A stretch of 25,642 bases of DNA from positions 1 through 25,642 of the IMG/VR virus record IMGVR_UViG_3300020530_000028. One strand, 5' to 3'. Positions 1 to 7,487 of the stretch are shown piece after piece. A model generated the notes under the pieces. The model saw nothing but the letters and a program-made list of their open reading frames with translations. It searched no databases and had not been told where the DNA came from. This DNA comes from a virus. Lineage: Duplodnaviria > Caudoviricetes. Every line of letters begins with the position of its first letter. The stretch's first letter is position 1. The position numbers and the translations under genes are program-made.

Positions 1-57
1 AGTTGGTTCTGGTGGTGCGGGTGGAGTTGGAGTTGGTTCTGGTGGTGCGGGTGCGGG
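1..57 (-). repeat. Coding direct repeat (PAPPEPT units)
   Basis: AGTTGGTTCTGGTGGTGCGGGTG occurs at 1-23 and 31-53; the minus strand encodes PAPAPPEPTPTPPAPPEPT. Confidence 0.9.
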
Positions 58-543
58 TACATCTATTATATTAATGATACCTCCCATACTAGAATGAACT
101 TCACAATTGTAATAAAGAGTGGAAGGTGCATCATATGGAACTGTAAATGTTATTGTTCCATTAGCAATTCCATTATTAGTTACACCACTACTGTATGCGT
201 TTTCAGTACCTGTTGACCTTACAGTTTTAATCCAAAATGGATGTCCTAATGCGTTTATGTTAAATGTATAAGTTTCTCCTTCCATTAGCGTCAAAGTTGG
301 ATTGGGATTTGAATCTTGATTTATCATATAGTTTCCTTTACCACGAACTTCCGTGATATCACTTAAATCTATAAATTTAGAACTTACTGGTTCAAATGCC
401 TTGACAGGGTTGAGTGATATTTTATTGGTGATGTATGTGTCGATGTTTCCGTCTGCTCCATATATCGTTACCCTCACGGTGGGTGTTACATCGTGAGTTA
501 ACCGCGAACTAGAGTAATTATTGCGATATCTAGAGTGAAGCAT
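1..543 (-). CDS. Partial (3' end beyond window) probable virion protein with a cupredoxin-like module followed by a Pro/Thr-rich linker
   Basis: Not in the ORF track. My translation from ATG at 543 is open for 181 codons to the window edge: MLHSRYRNNY...NPTLTLMEGETYTFNINALGHPFWIKT...TFTVPYDAPSTLYYNCEVHSSMGGIINIIDVPAPAPPEPTPTPPAPPEPT. It starts 10 nt after the stop of the 578-aa gene. Confidence 0.85.
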   Translation of the reverse strand, partial: MLHSRYRNNYSSSRLTHDVTPTVRVTIYGADGNIDTYITNKISLNPVKAFEPVSSKFIDLSDITEVRGKGNYMINQDSNPNPTLTLMEGETYTFNINALGHPFWIKTVRSTGTENAYSSGVTNNGIANGTITFTVPYDAPSTLYYNCEVHSSMGGIINIIDVPAPAPPEPTPTPPAPPEPT

Positions 544-553
544 AGTGTTCCTA

Positions 554-2290
554 TTACGAAGCGTAGAACGAGAAGGTGATGCCGCTTCCTGTGTTGTGTG
601 GAGCAAAACTCAACGAATACGGTGGATAGAAAACTTTGAGTTTATTGATGTTGTCTACTTCAAAGAACATTTCATCGCCGTGATACATGGTGTACGAAGC
701 GGTTCCTGCTGTAGCACCGTAAAGTGCTGCGTCTGCTTCAGAAATCACACACAGGATTTCATTTTGTGAAGCGTTTGCTCCTGTTGCCACTCGTGACACC
801 TTGATGCGGATACCGTTTGCACAGGTGAATCCTGCGTTTCCGTTGTATTCAGTCAGGTTCTTTGCGGTGTTGCTTACATAATTGGTACGAGACATGAACG
901 ACGGTTGTAGCGTGTACGATTCAACTGCTACTCCGATGGTTCCTGTAGAAGTGTTTACAGTGTCAGCAATAGTCTGTAGTTGTGTATTTACTGCACTCTT
1001 GATTAGGCTGTAGATGGACAGAGCATCATTAAAGTCTAGTGCTCCAACACTCACAGTTGGATCGTATAGTGCTTTCTTGGTTGCAATCAAGAAGTCGCTA
1101 TTGGTCTTTAGTTGTGCAATCTTGGTATCGAAATTGCTCTCTGTTACAAGAGTAGAAGATTGAAGATCAACAGGCAGCACTCCACCTGAGTAGCCCTTGA
1201 CCAATACGGGACCGTTTGCAGTATCACCCGCAACCCACACTCCTGTTACAGCATAGGTAGAACCCGCTACTTGAATTGGGTTGTTGTATTCTTGAGAAAT
1301 ACCTACTGCTGTGCCAAGAGTCACACTAGCAGTAAAAGAAAAACCGCTGTTTACAAGATAAGTGTTGATGGCAGCACCACACCATCCTGCACCAGTAATT
1401 CCACCAACTCTGTACAGATTTCCGTTCGCTGCTCTTGCATTAATATAGGTGGGAACAGTTGCTAGCGAAGCGTCATCAGAGGCACCCTGACCAACCACAG
1501 TAATATCGTCTGTGGTGTAGTCTAGGTCACGAATATCCAAATTGGTTGCACTAACAGTTACTCCATCAATTCCAACACCAAAAGATTTCACATTTACATT
1601 AAGTGCGTTGTTGTCTGCGTAGATGGCAGAAGCGGTTGCTCCTGTAAATCCGAAAAGTCCAACAGAAACAGTTGACGCAGTTCCACCACCGTAAACCGTT
1701 ACGGTATCGCTTGCCGCAGTTAGCCCGCGAATAGAAACTGTTCCAACGGTAATGCCAATAGCAGTTGCACCGCTCACACCGTAAACTGCAACTCCTCCTG
1801 TTATTCCAAAAGAACCAGTAACAGGAACAGCAGAGCCTACAGTTATGCCGACAGGGAATCCACCGCTCAAGCCTTGAATAGCAATATAATCACCAGCAGT
1901 ATCGCCCGAACCGTTTCCACCAGCCAAATATCTAATACTAAAAGTAGCACCGCTGTATGGAGTTACGGTCACAGTTCCTACAGTAATGCCGATTGCAGTT
2001 CCGCCAGAAATACCTGCAATTGGTATTGTGCCCAATGAACCAACAACAGTAGTGGCAATGGTGCTATAGATGCCATTGGCTAGATTATAGGTTGCCCACG
2101 AACCACAAAGCCCAACAGGTAGTGGAGCATTGGATGACACATAATTTACAGTATCGTTTGTGCCGTAAGCAACCTTGACAATCTGGTGATGTGCAGTTTC
2201 TCCTGCACCTACGGGCTTGACATAATCGCTGGCTATGGTATAAGTAGTGCCGCTAGTAACAATGTTGTAGTTGTCGCTGGTTGCTCCCAT
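554..2290 (-). CDS. Hypothetical G/T/V/A-rich protein, probably virion structural, with internal GxSGxxxxGITVG repeats
   Basis: 578-aa ORF; GGAG (rc of 2302-2305) upstream; repeats IAGISGGTAIGITVGTV / IQGLSGGFPVGITVGS / VYGVSGATAIGITVGTV; late-promoter-like TATACATA upstream. Confidence 0.8.
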   Translation of the reverse strand: MGATSDNYNIVTSGTTYTIASDYVKPVGAGETAHHQIVKVAYGTNDTVNYVSSNAPLPVGLCGSWATYNLANGIYSTIATTVVGSLGTIPIAGISGGTAIGITVGTVTVTPYSGATFSIRYLAGGNGSGDTAGDYIAIQGLSGGFPVGITVGSAVPVTGSFGITGGVAVYGVSGATAIGITVGTVSIRGLTAASDTVTVYGGGTASTVSVGLFGFTGATASAIYADNNALNVNVKSFGVGIDGVTVSATNLDIRDLDYTTDDITVVGQGASDDASLATVPTYINARAANGNLYRVGGITGAGWCGAAINTYLVNSGFSFTASVTLGTAVGISQEYNNPIQVAGSTYAVTGVWVAGDTANGPVLVKGYSGGVLPVDLQSSTLVTESNFDTKIAQLKTNSDFLIATKKALYDPTVSVGALDFNDALSIYSLIKSAVNTQLQTIADTVNTSTGTIGVAVESYTLQPSFMSRTNYVSNTAKNLTEYNGNAGFTCANGIRIKVSRVATGANASQNEILCVISEADAALYGATAGTASYTMYHGDEMFFEVDNINKLKVFYPPYSLSFAPHNTGSGITFSFYAS

Positions 2291-2325
2291 TGGACATTTT
2301 GCTCCGTTTTGGGGGTATCGGGTTC

Positions 2326-2349
2326 CTAAATACTGCTAACTTATGTATA
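2326..2349. promoter_or_regulatory. Pair of oppositely oriented T4-type late-promoter-like boxes
   Basis: CTAAATAC on + (2326-2333) ahead of gp33; TATACATA on - (2349-2342) ahead of the 578-aa gene. The T4 late consensus is TATAAATA. Confidence 0.55.
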
Positions 2350-2369
2350 AAATTGAAAGTAGGTCTGAA

Positions 2370-2585
2370 ATGGAAGTCAATAACGCACGATTCCCTAAAG
2401 AAGTAGAAGTACACGCTCAAAAATTCGGAGTTTCGTATATTGACTCCGTGATTGCGGTTTGCGAACGCTACGGCATTGAACCACAAGTAGCCGCTAAATT
2501 TTTGAACAAGCCCATAATTGAAAAGATACGGGCAGAGGGACAGAATCTAAATCTGCTACCAAAGAAGGCAAAACTTCCTATTTGA
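2370..2585 (+). CDS. gp33: Late transcription co-activator, T4 gp33-like
   Basis: F..EVE......SYIDSVIAVCERYGIEPQVAAKFLNKPIIEKIRAEGQNLNLL..KAKLPI is the typical gp33 pattern; lies next to gp32. Start moved from 2343 to ATG 2370 (AGGT at 2361-2364). Confidence 0.88.
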   Translation: MEVNNARFPKEVEVHAQKFGVSYIDSVIAVCERYGIEPQVAAKFLNKPIIEKIRAEGQNLNLLPKKAKLPI

Positions 2586-2588
2586 CAC

Positions 2589-2617
2589 TTGACAGCCCAC
2601 GGGGTTTGGGGTATAGT
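2589..2617 (+). promoter_or_regulatory. Sigma70-type promoter for gp32
   Basis: TTGACA (2589-2594), 17-nt spacer, TATAGT (2612-2617). Confidence 0.8.
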
Positions 2618-2620
2618 TAC

Positions 2621-2628
2621 CTAAATAC
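2621..2628 (+). promoter_or_regulatory. Late-promoter-like box upstream of gp32
   Basis: CTAAATAC, identical to the 8-mer at 2326-2333. Confidence 0.55.
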
Positions 2629-2689
2629 CTGTGTCTGAATTGTTCGTCAACACATCAACACACAGTACATCAAGTACAAGGAGATACAC

Positions 2690-3637
2690 ATGAGTTTCAA
2701 GGATATGAAGAGTCGTTCCAAGTCGCCCACCTCCTACCAGTCTCTCGCGGCTGAAATGGAGAAACTGAACAAGCGGTCAGAGTCGTACAAGGATGACCGT
2801 TTTTGGAAGCCTGCATTGGACAAGGCTTCCAACGGCTACGCGGTGATCCGCTTCCTACCCGCTGTTGAAGGCGAAGACTTGCCGTGGGCACGGGTGTGGA
2901 ATCACGGTTTCCGTGGTCCAGGTGGTTGGTACATTGAGAATTCTCTCACCACCATTGGTCTGAAAGACCCTGTTTCCGAACTGAATTCACAGTTGTGGAA
3001 TAGCGGTAGCGATGACGACAAGAAGTTGGCTCGTGACCGAAAGCGTCGCCTGTCGTATGTCAGCAACATTCTTGTGGTCAGCGATCCCAAGAACCCAGAG
3101 AACGAGGGCAAGGTGTTCCTGTTCCGATACGGCAAGAAGATTTTTGAGAAAATTCAGAGTGCTATGAATCCCGAGTATCAGGACGAGAAGCCCCTGAATC
3201 CGTTTGACTTCTGGAGCGGAGCAGACTTCAAGTTGAAGATTCGTCAGGTGGACGGGTATGTGAACTACGAGCGTAGTGAGTTTGCTGATTCTGCTCCTCT
3301 GTTCGGCGGTGATGACAAGGCTCTTGAGGAGTTGTGGAAGAAGCAGCATCCTCTCAAGGAGTTCACCGATCCGAAGAATTTCAAGTCTTACGACGAGTTG
3401 AAGGCACGGCTCCACGAGGTGCTTGGTGGTGATATCCGTGCCAGTGTCAACGAGTCCGCTGCAAAGGGCGGTGCGGAGACTGCCTCTTTTGATGATGAAG
3501 ACGAGACACCGCGTCCCGTGCGTAAGCCCGTGACGGCTGCTCCTGCCCCAAAGAAGGAGCAGAAGCGGGTGGTTGAGTCCGATGACGAGGTAGAGGATTC
3601 GCTCTCTTACTTTGAGAAGTTGGCTGGCGACGAGTAA
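2690..3637 (+). CDS. gp32: Single-stranded DNA-binding protein, T4 gp32-like
   Basis: DDRFWKP..DK..NGYAVIRFLPA, HGF.GPGGWYIENSLTT, YGKKIFEKI, NPFDFW.GADFKLKIR, FKSYDELK, acidic tail ending LSYFEKLAGDE; AAGGAG RBS. Confidence 0.97.
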   Translation: MSFKDMKSRSKSPTSYQSLAAEMEKLNKRSESYKDDRFWKPALDKASNGYAVIRFLPAVEGEDLPWARVWNHGFRGPGGWYIENSLTTIGLKDPVSELNSQLWNSGSDDDKKLARDRKRRLSYVSNILVVSDPKNPENEGKVFLFRYGKKIFEKIQSAMNPEYQDEKPLNPFDFWSGADFKLKIRQVDGYVNYERSEFADSAPLFGGDDKALEELWKKQHPLKEFTDPKNFKSYDELKARLHEVLGGDIRASVNESAAKGGAETASFDDEDETPRPVRKPVTAAPAPKKEQKRVVESDDEVEDSLSYFEKLAGDE

Positions 3638-3657
3638 GCCACCTGCCTAGCAGCACG

Positions 3658-3690
3658 AAAAGGGCACGCTTCGGCGTGCCTTTTTCTTTT
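3658..3690. terminator. Rho-independent terminator, probably bidirectional
   Basis: AAAAGGGCACGC-TTCG-GCGTGCCTTTTTCTTTT: a cUUCGg-capped stem with A run before and T run after, lying between the convergent gp32 and tape-measure genes. Confidence 0.92.
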
Positions 3691-5818
3691 ATAGTGTGCT
3701 GCGTTCCATGTTTTTTAGAGTGGCTTCGCTGTTGCGAACTCGCAGATCGTCGTTGTAATTATTTACAACAGTATTGCTTTGGTTGTACATGGTAGCCGCT
3801 GCCGCTCTTTGTTGATTTGCAAACTGTGCTTGTGCTTTTGCTTGGTTTTCTGCATACGCACGAACTTCTTCTGTTCCTCTTCTGTTTATTTCCATAGCGT
3901 TAGCCTGTTGTCCAACTGGAGTTGAAGCAGTTGAAGCAGGAGCAACAGAACCAGTTGTTTGTTCAGGAGTTGTTGCTGTTGGTGTTCCGCCTTCAACTTT
4001 AATCAAATCACCGACAGCAGGAATGGAAGACACAAAATCGTATATTCCTTTAGGTCCAATCAATTCTGCAATTTGATTTCCTACCCATTCTCCTCCCATA
4101 GCACCAGCGACTCCTCCAAGAACGGTTCCAACTGGACCTATGGCAGTTCCTAATCCGCCTCCTATTATTCCTCCAATTGCGGCACCAAATCTTTTAGATA
4201 TTTCTGCACCAATTGCTTGCTTTTTCTCTTCTGGTCCAAGAGACGGGTCGTTTTTTATGCTGTATATATTGAAAGCACCAATTATTCCCTCAAGTGCAGC
4301 AGTGATTGGGCCGAGGGATTTCATTCCACCCAAAATTTTACCCATATTGGATTTTAGAAATGCTCCTGGATTTGCAACCGCTTCTGCTATTGCTGCTGCT
4401 TCGGTTGCAACAGATTTGCCTGCTTGTACTACTGCACTTCCAGCAGACTTTGCACCTTCCAATCCTTTAGACGCTAGATTTTTTGTGCCTTCCCATGCAC
4501 TGCTCCACCATGATTTGCTTTTTGATGCTGTTTCAGCAGCACTCTCTGCACCAAAACCAAGCATAGATTTGGTGCCTTGCCATGCTTTTGAAGCCATGCC
4601 TTTTGTGCCTTGCCATGCCTTTTTTAGACCCAAATCTGTTGCTTTGTCTGATGCCCAATCTGTTACGGTGGACAGCATTCCAGGTTGCCCCTCTGCTCCT
4701 GCTCCTCCACCCATTCCAAACATTCCGCCCATCATGCCCAAGAGTCCGCCACCACCAAGCAAACCAGAAAGAGTTTTTCCAAGACCCCCAAATAGCCCTT
4801 TTTGTTTTTCATCCGCTTTAGCAGCGTTAGTCATATTTTTTATGGCTGCTTCTTTTTGTTTAAGTGATTCTGTTCCTGACTTTTTACCAACTATTCCTTC
4901 TTTGATGACTCGCACATCAGCAGCAATTTGTCCAAGCACTCCAACATCACCACCTGCCATGCCTGCTAATCGTCCACCTGCGGCTCCACCAAACACACTA
5001 CCTACTGTTCTTGCTCCTGGGAATGGAGGAGTTGGTGCTCCTGCAATACCTCCACCCATTCCTCTGCCCATCAGGATTCGTTCCAGTTCGTTTTGCTTTC
5101 GTCCTGCTTGAGAAATACTTTCGACTCTGCGTCCAGCAAACGCTTCTAGTTCTTCTCGCCCTGCTCGTTTTTCTGCCATATAGTCGCCAAGTAGTCCTCC
5201 AACAAGAGGAATCTGACGAACGATGGCTTCTGGAGCAGCCTTTAATTTTGATACCATTCTTTCTTTGGCGAATGCAGCAAATCCAGTTTTCTTTTGCAAT
5301 ACATCTTCAACTGGTTTTATGATTTCTGCTATCTTTTTTGTAATATCAGATTTTTCTCCAGTTGTCTTTTCAGCAGTTTCTCGTATGAATTTTAGTTTGT
5401 TGTATATGTCTAATTGTTCTCTTCGGTCTTTTGAGCGAACTGCTTGTTCAGATAGAGACAGAGCAGATTCAATAACTGCAAAGTTTGCTGCGTTATTTGG
5501 GTCGTCTAGGTCTTGAAGCCTCCCTCTTTCACTTCTAACCAGTTCTTCAATTTGGGCACGAACACCTTTTGCACCGCCTTTGCCCAATACAGCCATAGAC
5601 AGTTCGGTGTCTCCACCAGATAGTTCACGCTGTTGTTCTAATAGTGCTTCAAGTAGACCAATTTTTGAGTCAACTTCTGTGTATTCTTTTTCCACTTCTG
5701 GTGGAAGCGGTATTTCAGGTGCAGCAGGCGCAGACGGTGATGCTTTGGTGGGAGCAAACCGTCCACCTACTCGTGGAACTGCCCCTCGCCTACCCCTACC
5801 TGGACCTTTTTTTGCCAT
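3689..5818 (-). CDS. Tape measure protein (gp29-equivalent tail length determinant)
   Basis: 709 aa, Ala/Gly-rich and helical-looking; 11-residue Trp repeats (KAWQGTKGMAS/KAWQGTKSMLG/SAWEGTKNLAS); glycine-zipper GAAIGGIIGGGLGTAIGPVGTVLGGVAGAMGG; C-terminal NQSNTVVNNYN; follows the gp26/gp51-like genes. Confidence 0.75.
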   Translation of the reverse strand: MAKKGPGRGRRGAVPRVGGRFAPTKASPSAPAAPEIPLPPEVEKEYTEVDSKIGLLEALLEQQRELSGGDTELSMAVLGKGGAKGVRAQIEELVRSERGRLQDLDDPNNAANFAVIESALSLSEQAVRSKDRREQLDIYNKLKFIRETAEKTTGEKSDITKKIAEIIKPVEDVLQKKTGFAAFAKERMVSKLKAAPEAIVRQIPLVGGLLGDYMAEKRAGREELEAFAGRRVESISQAGRKQNELERILMGRGMGGGIAGAPTPPFPGARTVGSVFGGAAGGRLAGMAGGDVGVLGQIAADVRVIKEGIVGKKSGTESLKQKEAAIKNMTNAAKADEKQKGLFGGLGKTLSGLLGGGGLLGMMGGMFGMGGGAGAEGQPGMLSTVTDWASDKATDLGLKKAWQGTKGMASKAWQGTKSMLGFGAESAAETASKSKSWWSSAWEGTKNLASKGLEGAKSAGSAVVQAGKSVATEAAAIAEAVANPGAFLKSNMGKILGGMKSLGPITAALEGIIGAFNIYSIKNDPSLGPEEKKQAIGAEISKRFGAAIGGIIGGGLGTAIGPVGTVLGGVAGAMGGEWVGNQIAELIGPKGIYDFVSSIPAVGDLIKVEGGTPTATTPEQTTGSVAPASTASTPVGQQANAMEINRRGTEEVRAYAENQAKAQAQFANQQRAAAATMYNQSNTVVNNYNDDLRVRNSEATLKNMERSTL
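4572..4618 (-). repeat. 33-nt-period coding repeat in the tape measure gene
   Basis: GTGCCTTGCCATGC at 4572-4585 and 4605-4618, encoding AWQGT 11 residues apart. Confidence 0.85.
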
Positions 5819-6007
5819 TTACTGATGCCCTTGCCGCTTGGCTCGTTCTTTCTCTTCTTTCAAGAATTGGATCAATAAATTTATGTATACTTCACGCTCC
5901 CAAGGTATGAGAGACTCTACTTCAGCCAAAGAGTATTTGTGGTGCTGTATTAGTGAAAAATTGGTGTTGTAATACGCTGCCAGTGTGTTGTGGCAGACCG
6001 TTATTGA
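5819..6007 (-). CDS. gp51: gp51-like hub assembly catalyst frame; lacks its own good start and is probably the -1 extension of the gp26-like gene
   Basis: HNTLAAYYNTNFSLIQHHKYSLAEVESLIPWEREVYINLL is the short gp51-like motif of T4-like phages. There is no ATG/GTG/TTG between the slippery site and the conserved block; the ORF-track start at 6064 is a non-ATG codon inside gp26. Confidence 0.75.
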   Translation of the reverse strand, partial: SITVCHNTLAAYYNTNFSLIQHHKYSLAEVESLIPWEREVYINLLIQFLKEEKERAKRQGHQ

Positions 6008-6711
6008 AAAAAATCGGAAACAGACTTTACCTCCGTTTCCACCAATTTCTTGCACGACGGACAAGTGTATTTGAAGCCGTATACTAGTTCTGGGGTGGTT
6101 TTCACAAATTTCATAATCTGCTCAAATTGCTCGGGTAGCAAGTTGTCCACGAAGTCTGCTAGTTCTTTGGGATCAATGTCGTCTTTACCGTACACATTGT
6201 CACCAAAAATTACGCTCTCTATACAGTCTTTTGCTATTCCAAAAATTGCATCAATTTCACTCTTGCTGTAGTCTACATCGTGCATGGACGGATACCGCAG
6301 CACCAATGATATCTGATCGTTGATTTTTACGGTGGAGTCTACGCTTTCCTTTTCAACTTTCTTAACTTTGACTTCTTGTAGATTGATTCGTATTCCAGTT
6401 TTTGTTTGGCAGGTAGAGCAAGCAATCTGTGGTTTTACTTCTTCACCAACAGACTTCATGCGAATCTGTAGGAATGCGTATTCTGCGTCTGCTGTGCACA
6501 ATTTCTTGGTGTCTAGCAGTCCGTTGGTGCAAGCAGAAATTATGTTACGCATAGCATCTACGATCTGGTTCATGTCACCAGATTGTGCAGCAATTAGAAG
6601 CACCTTTTCTTCTTTGACTAGAAAGGGTCTATACTTTGCTACTATGCCAGATATTGGCAGAGTCATTGTATAAGACGGCAATTGCGAAGAGGTCAGTTTC
6701 AGTTTTTCCAT
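6001..6711 (-). CDS. gp26: Baseplate hub assembly protein, T4 gp26-like
   Basis: LPSY...LPISG...YRPFLVKEEKVLLIA, EYAFLQIRMKSVGE, CSTC/CPSC pairs, LRYPS, C-terminal DFF. Start at ATG 6711 with GGAG RBS (rc of 6717-6720). Confidence 0.9.
   Translation of the reverse strand: MEKLKLTSSQLPSYTMTLPISGIVAKYRPFLVKEEKVLLIAAQSGDMNQIVDAMRNIISACTNGLLDTKKLCTADAEYAFLQIRMKSVGEEVKPQIACSTCQTKTGIRINLQEVKVKKVEKESVDSTVKINDQISLVLRYPSMHDVDYSKSEIDAIFGIAKDCIESVIFGDNVYGKDDIDPKELADFVDNLLPEQFEQIMKFVKTTPELVYGFKYTCPSCKKLVETEVKSVSDFFQ
6007..6013 (-). other. Candidate -1 ribosomal frameshift slippery heptamer (T TTT TTT)
   Basis: Minus strand reads TCC GAT TTT TTT CAA TAA; the -1 frame continues TCA ATA ACG GTC TGC CAC AAC into the gp51-like motif. 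Confidence 0.7.
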
Positions 6712-6741
6712 GCTATCTCCGTTCAAATAAAGAGTGTATAG

Positions 6742-6749
6742 TATCTATA
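6742..6749 (-). promoter_or_regulatory. Late-promoter-like box upstream of gp26
   Basis: TATAGATA on the minus strand in the gp54-gp26 gap, one mismatch from TATAAATA. Confidence 0.6.
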
Positions 6750-7487
6750 TTACTGCTGTCCGTTTATTACTCCATTAACGGTTCCGTCGCTGCCGTAGCG
6801 ATTTATTCTCCCTGTTTTGGGATTTACTGCGAATGCTGTTTGTCTTGGTTGTGGCGATGGAAGAATCTGCTGCGGTAGGTTTAGTCCAAACGGAGAAACT
6901 TGTTGTTGTGCAGCAGAAGGAGTAGTTGACGGCGGATTTGGTAGAAGTGTAACAGCGGGTGTGTATTTTCTATACGCAAGCACAATGTCTTGTGTAAGTA
7001 TTTCGTTGTCTTTTTCGTATCCAAGCATGAGTTCTCCTATTTGCTTTGGATACATTTCTTCAATTACTGCGGAATACACCACTTGATCGCTTTTGTCTAA
7101 AACATTGATTACTCCATCTGTGATGTATTCGTCATAAAATGCGAACTTATAGTTGAAAGGATTGCAGATAAAGTTTAACCACTCTTCAAAAAATGCTCGT
7201 TCTTTTAGATCGCCCGATAGTATGTACGAAAGCGTCAAGTCTCCAGAGTATAGAGGTTCGGTTGGAAACTGTCTTTGTGGTCCGTAGAACCTGTAGTTTT
7301 GTGTGGTGAGTGATCTTCCAGGAACAGAAGCAGAAGTGCACCGTAGAGTTAGTTGCTTTTGTGATGCTGGACGATATCCAAATATTGCGGGTGTGTTTAA
7401 CACCATTTCAAAACGGTTGGCGTATATCAGGCTGTCCCGATATATTTCGCCCATCATTTCATTAATATTGGATGGAATGTATGTCAT
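6750..7487 (-). CDS. gp54: Baseplate tail-tube initiator, T4 gp54-like (tail-tube fold)
   Basis: NRFEM, LRCTSASVPGRSLTT, YGPQRQFP, ERAFFEEWLNFI, FYDEY, EMYPKQIGELML; usual position between gp2 and gp26. Confidence 0.8.
   Translation of the reverse strand: MTYIPSNINEMMGEIYRDSLIYANRFEMVLNTPAIFGYRPASQKQLTLRCTSASVPGRSLTTQNYRFYGPQRQFPTEPLYSGDLTLSYILSGDLKERAFFEEWLNFICNPFNYKFAFYDEYITDGVINVLDKSDQVVYSAVIEEMYPKQIGELMLGYEKDNEILTQDIVLAYRKYTPAVTLLPNPPSTTPSAAQQQVSPFGLNLPQQILPSPQPRQTAFAVNPKTGRINRYGSDGTVNGVINGQQ

Noticed and set aside
1-57. Short direct repeats as a CRISPR array
   Set aside because: In-frame coding repeats for a Pro/Thr linker; no repeat-spacer structure.
4140-5111. 323-aa plus-strand ORF antisense to the tape measure gene
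   Set aside because: Shadow frame of Gly/Ala/Lys-rich codons (giving Pro/Ala/Phe); no RBS or recognisable motif.
6008-6064. ORF-track start (6064) for the gp51-like ORF
   Set aside because: Non-ATG codon inside gp26 with no RBS, and the added residues do not look conserved; the frameshift explains the frame better.
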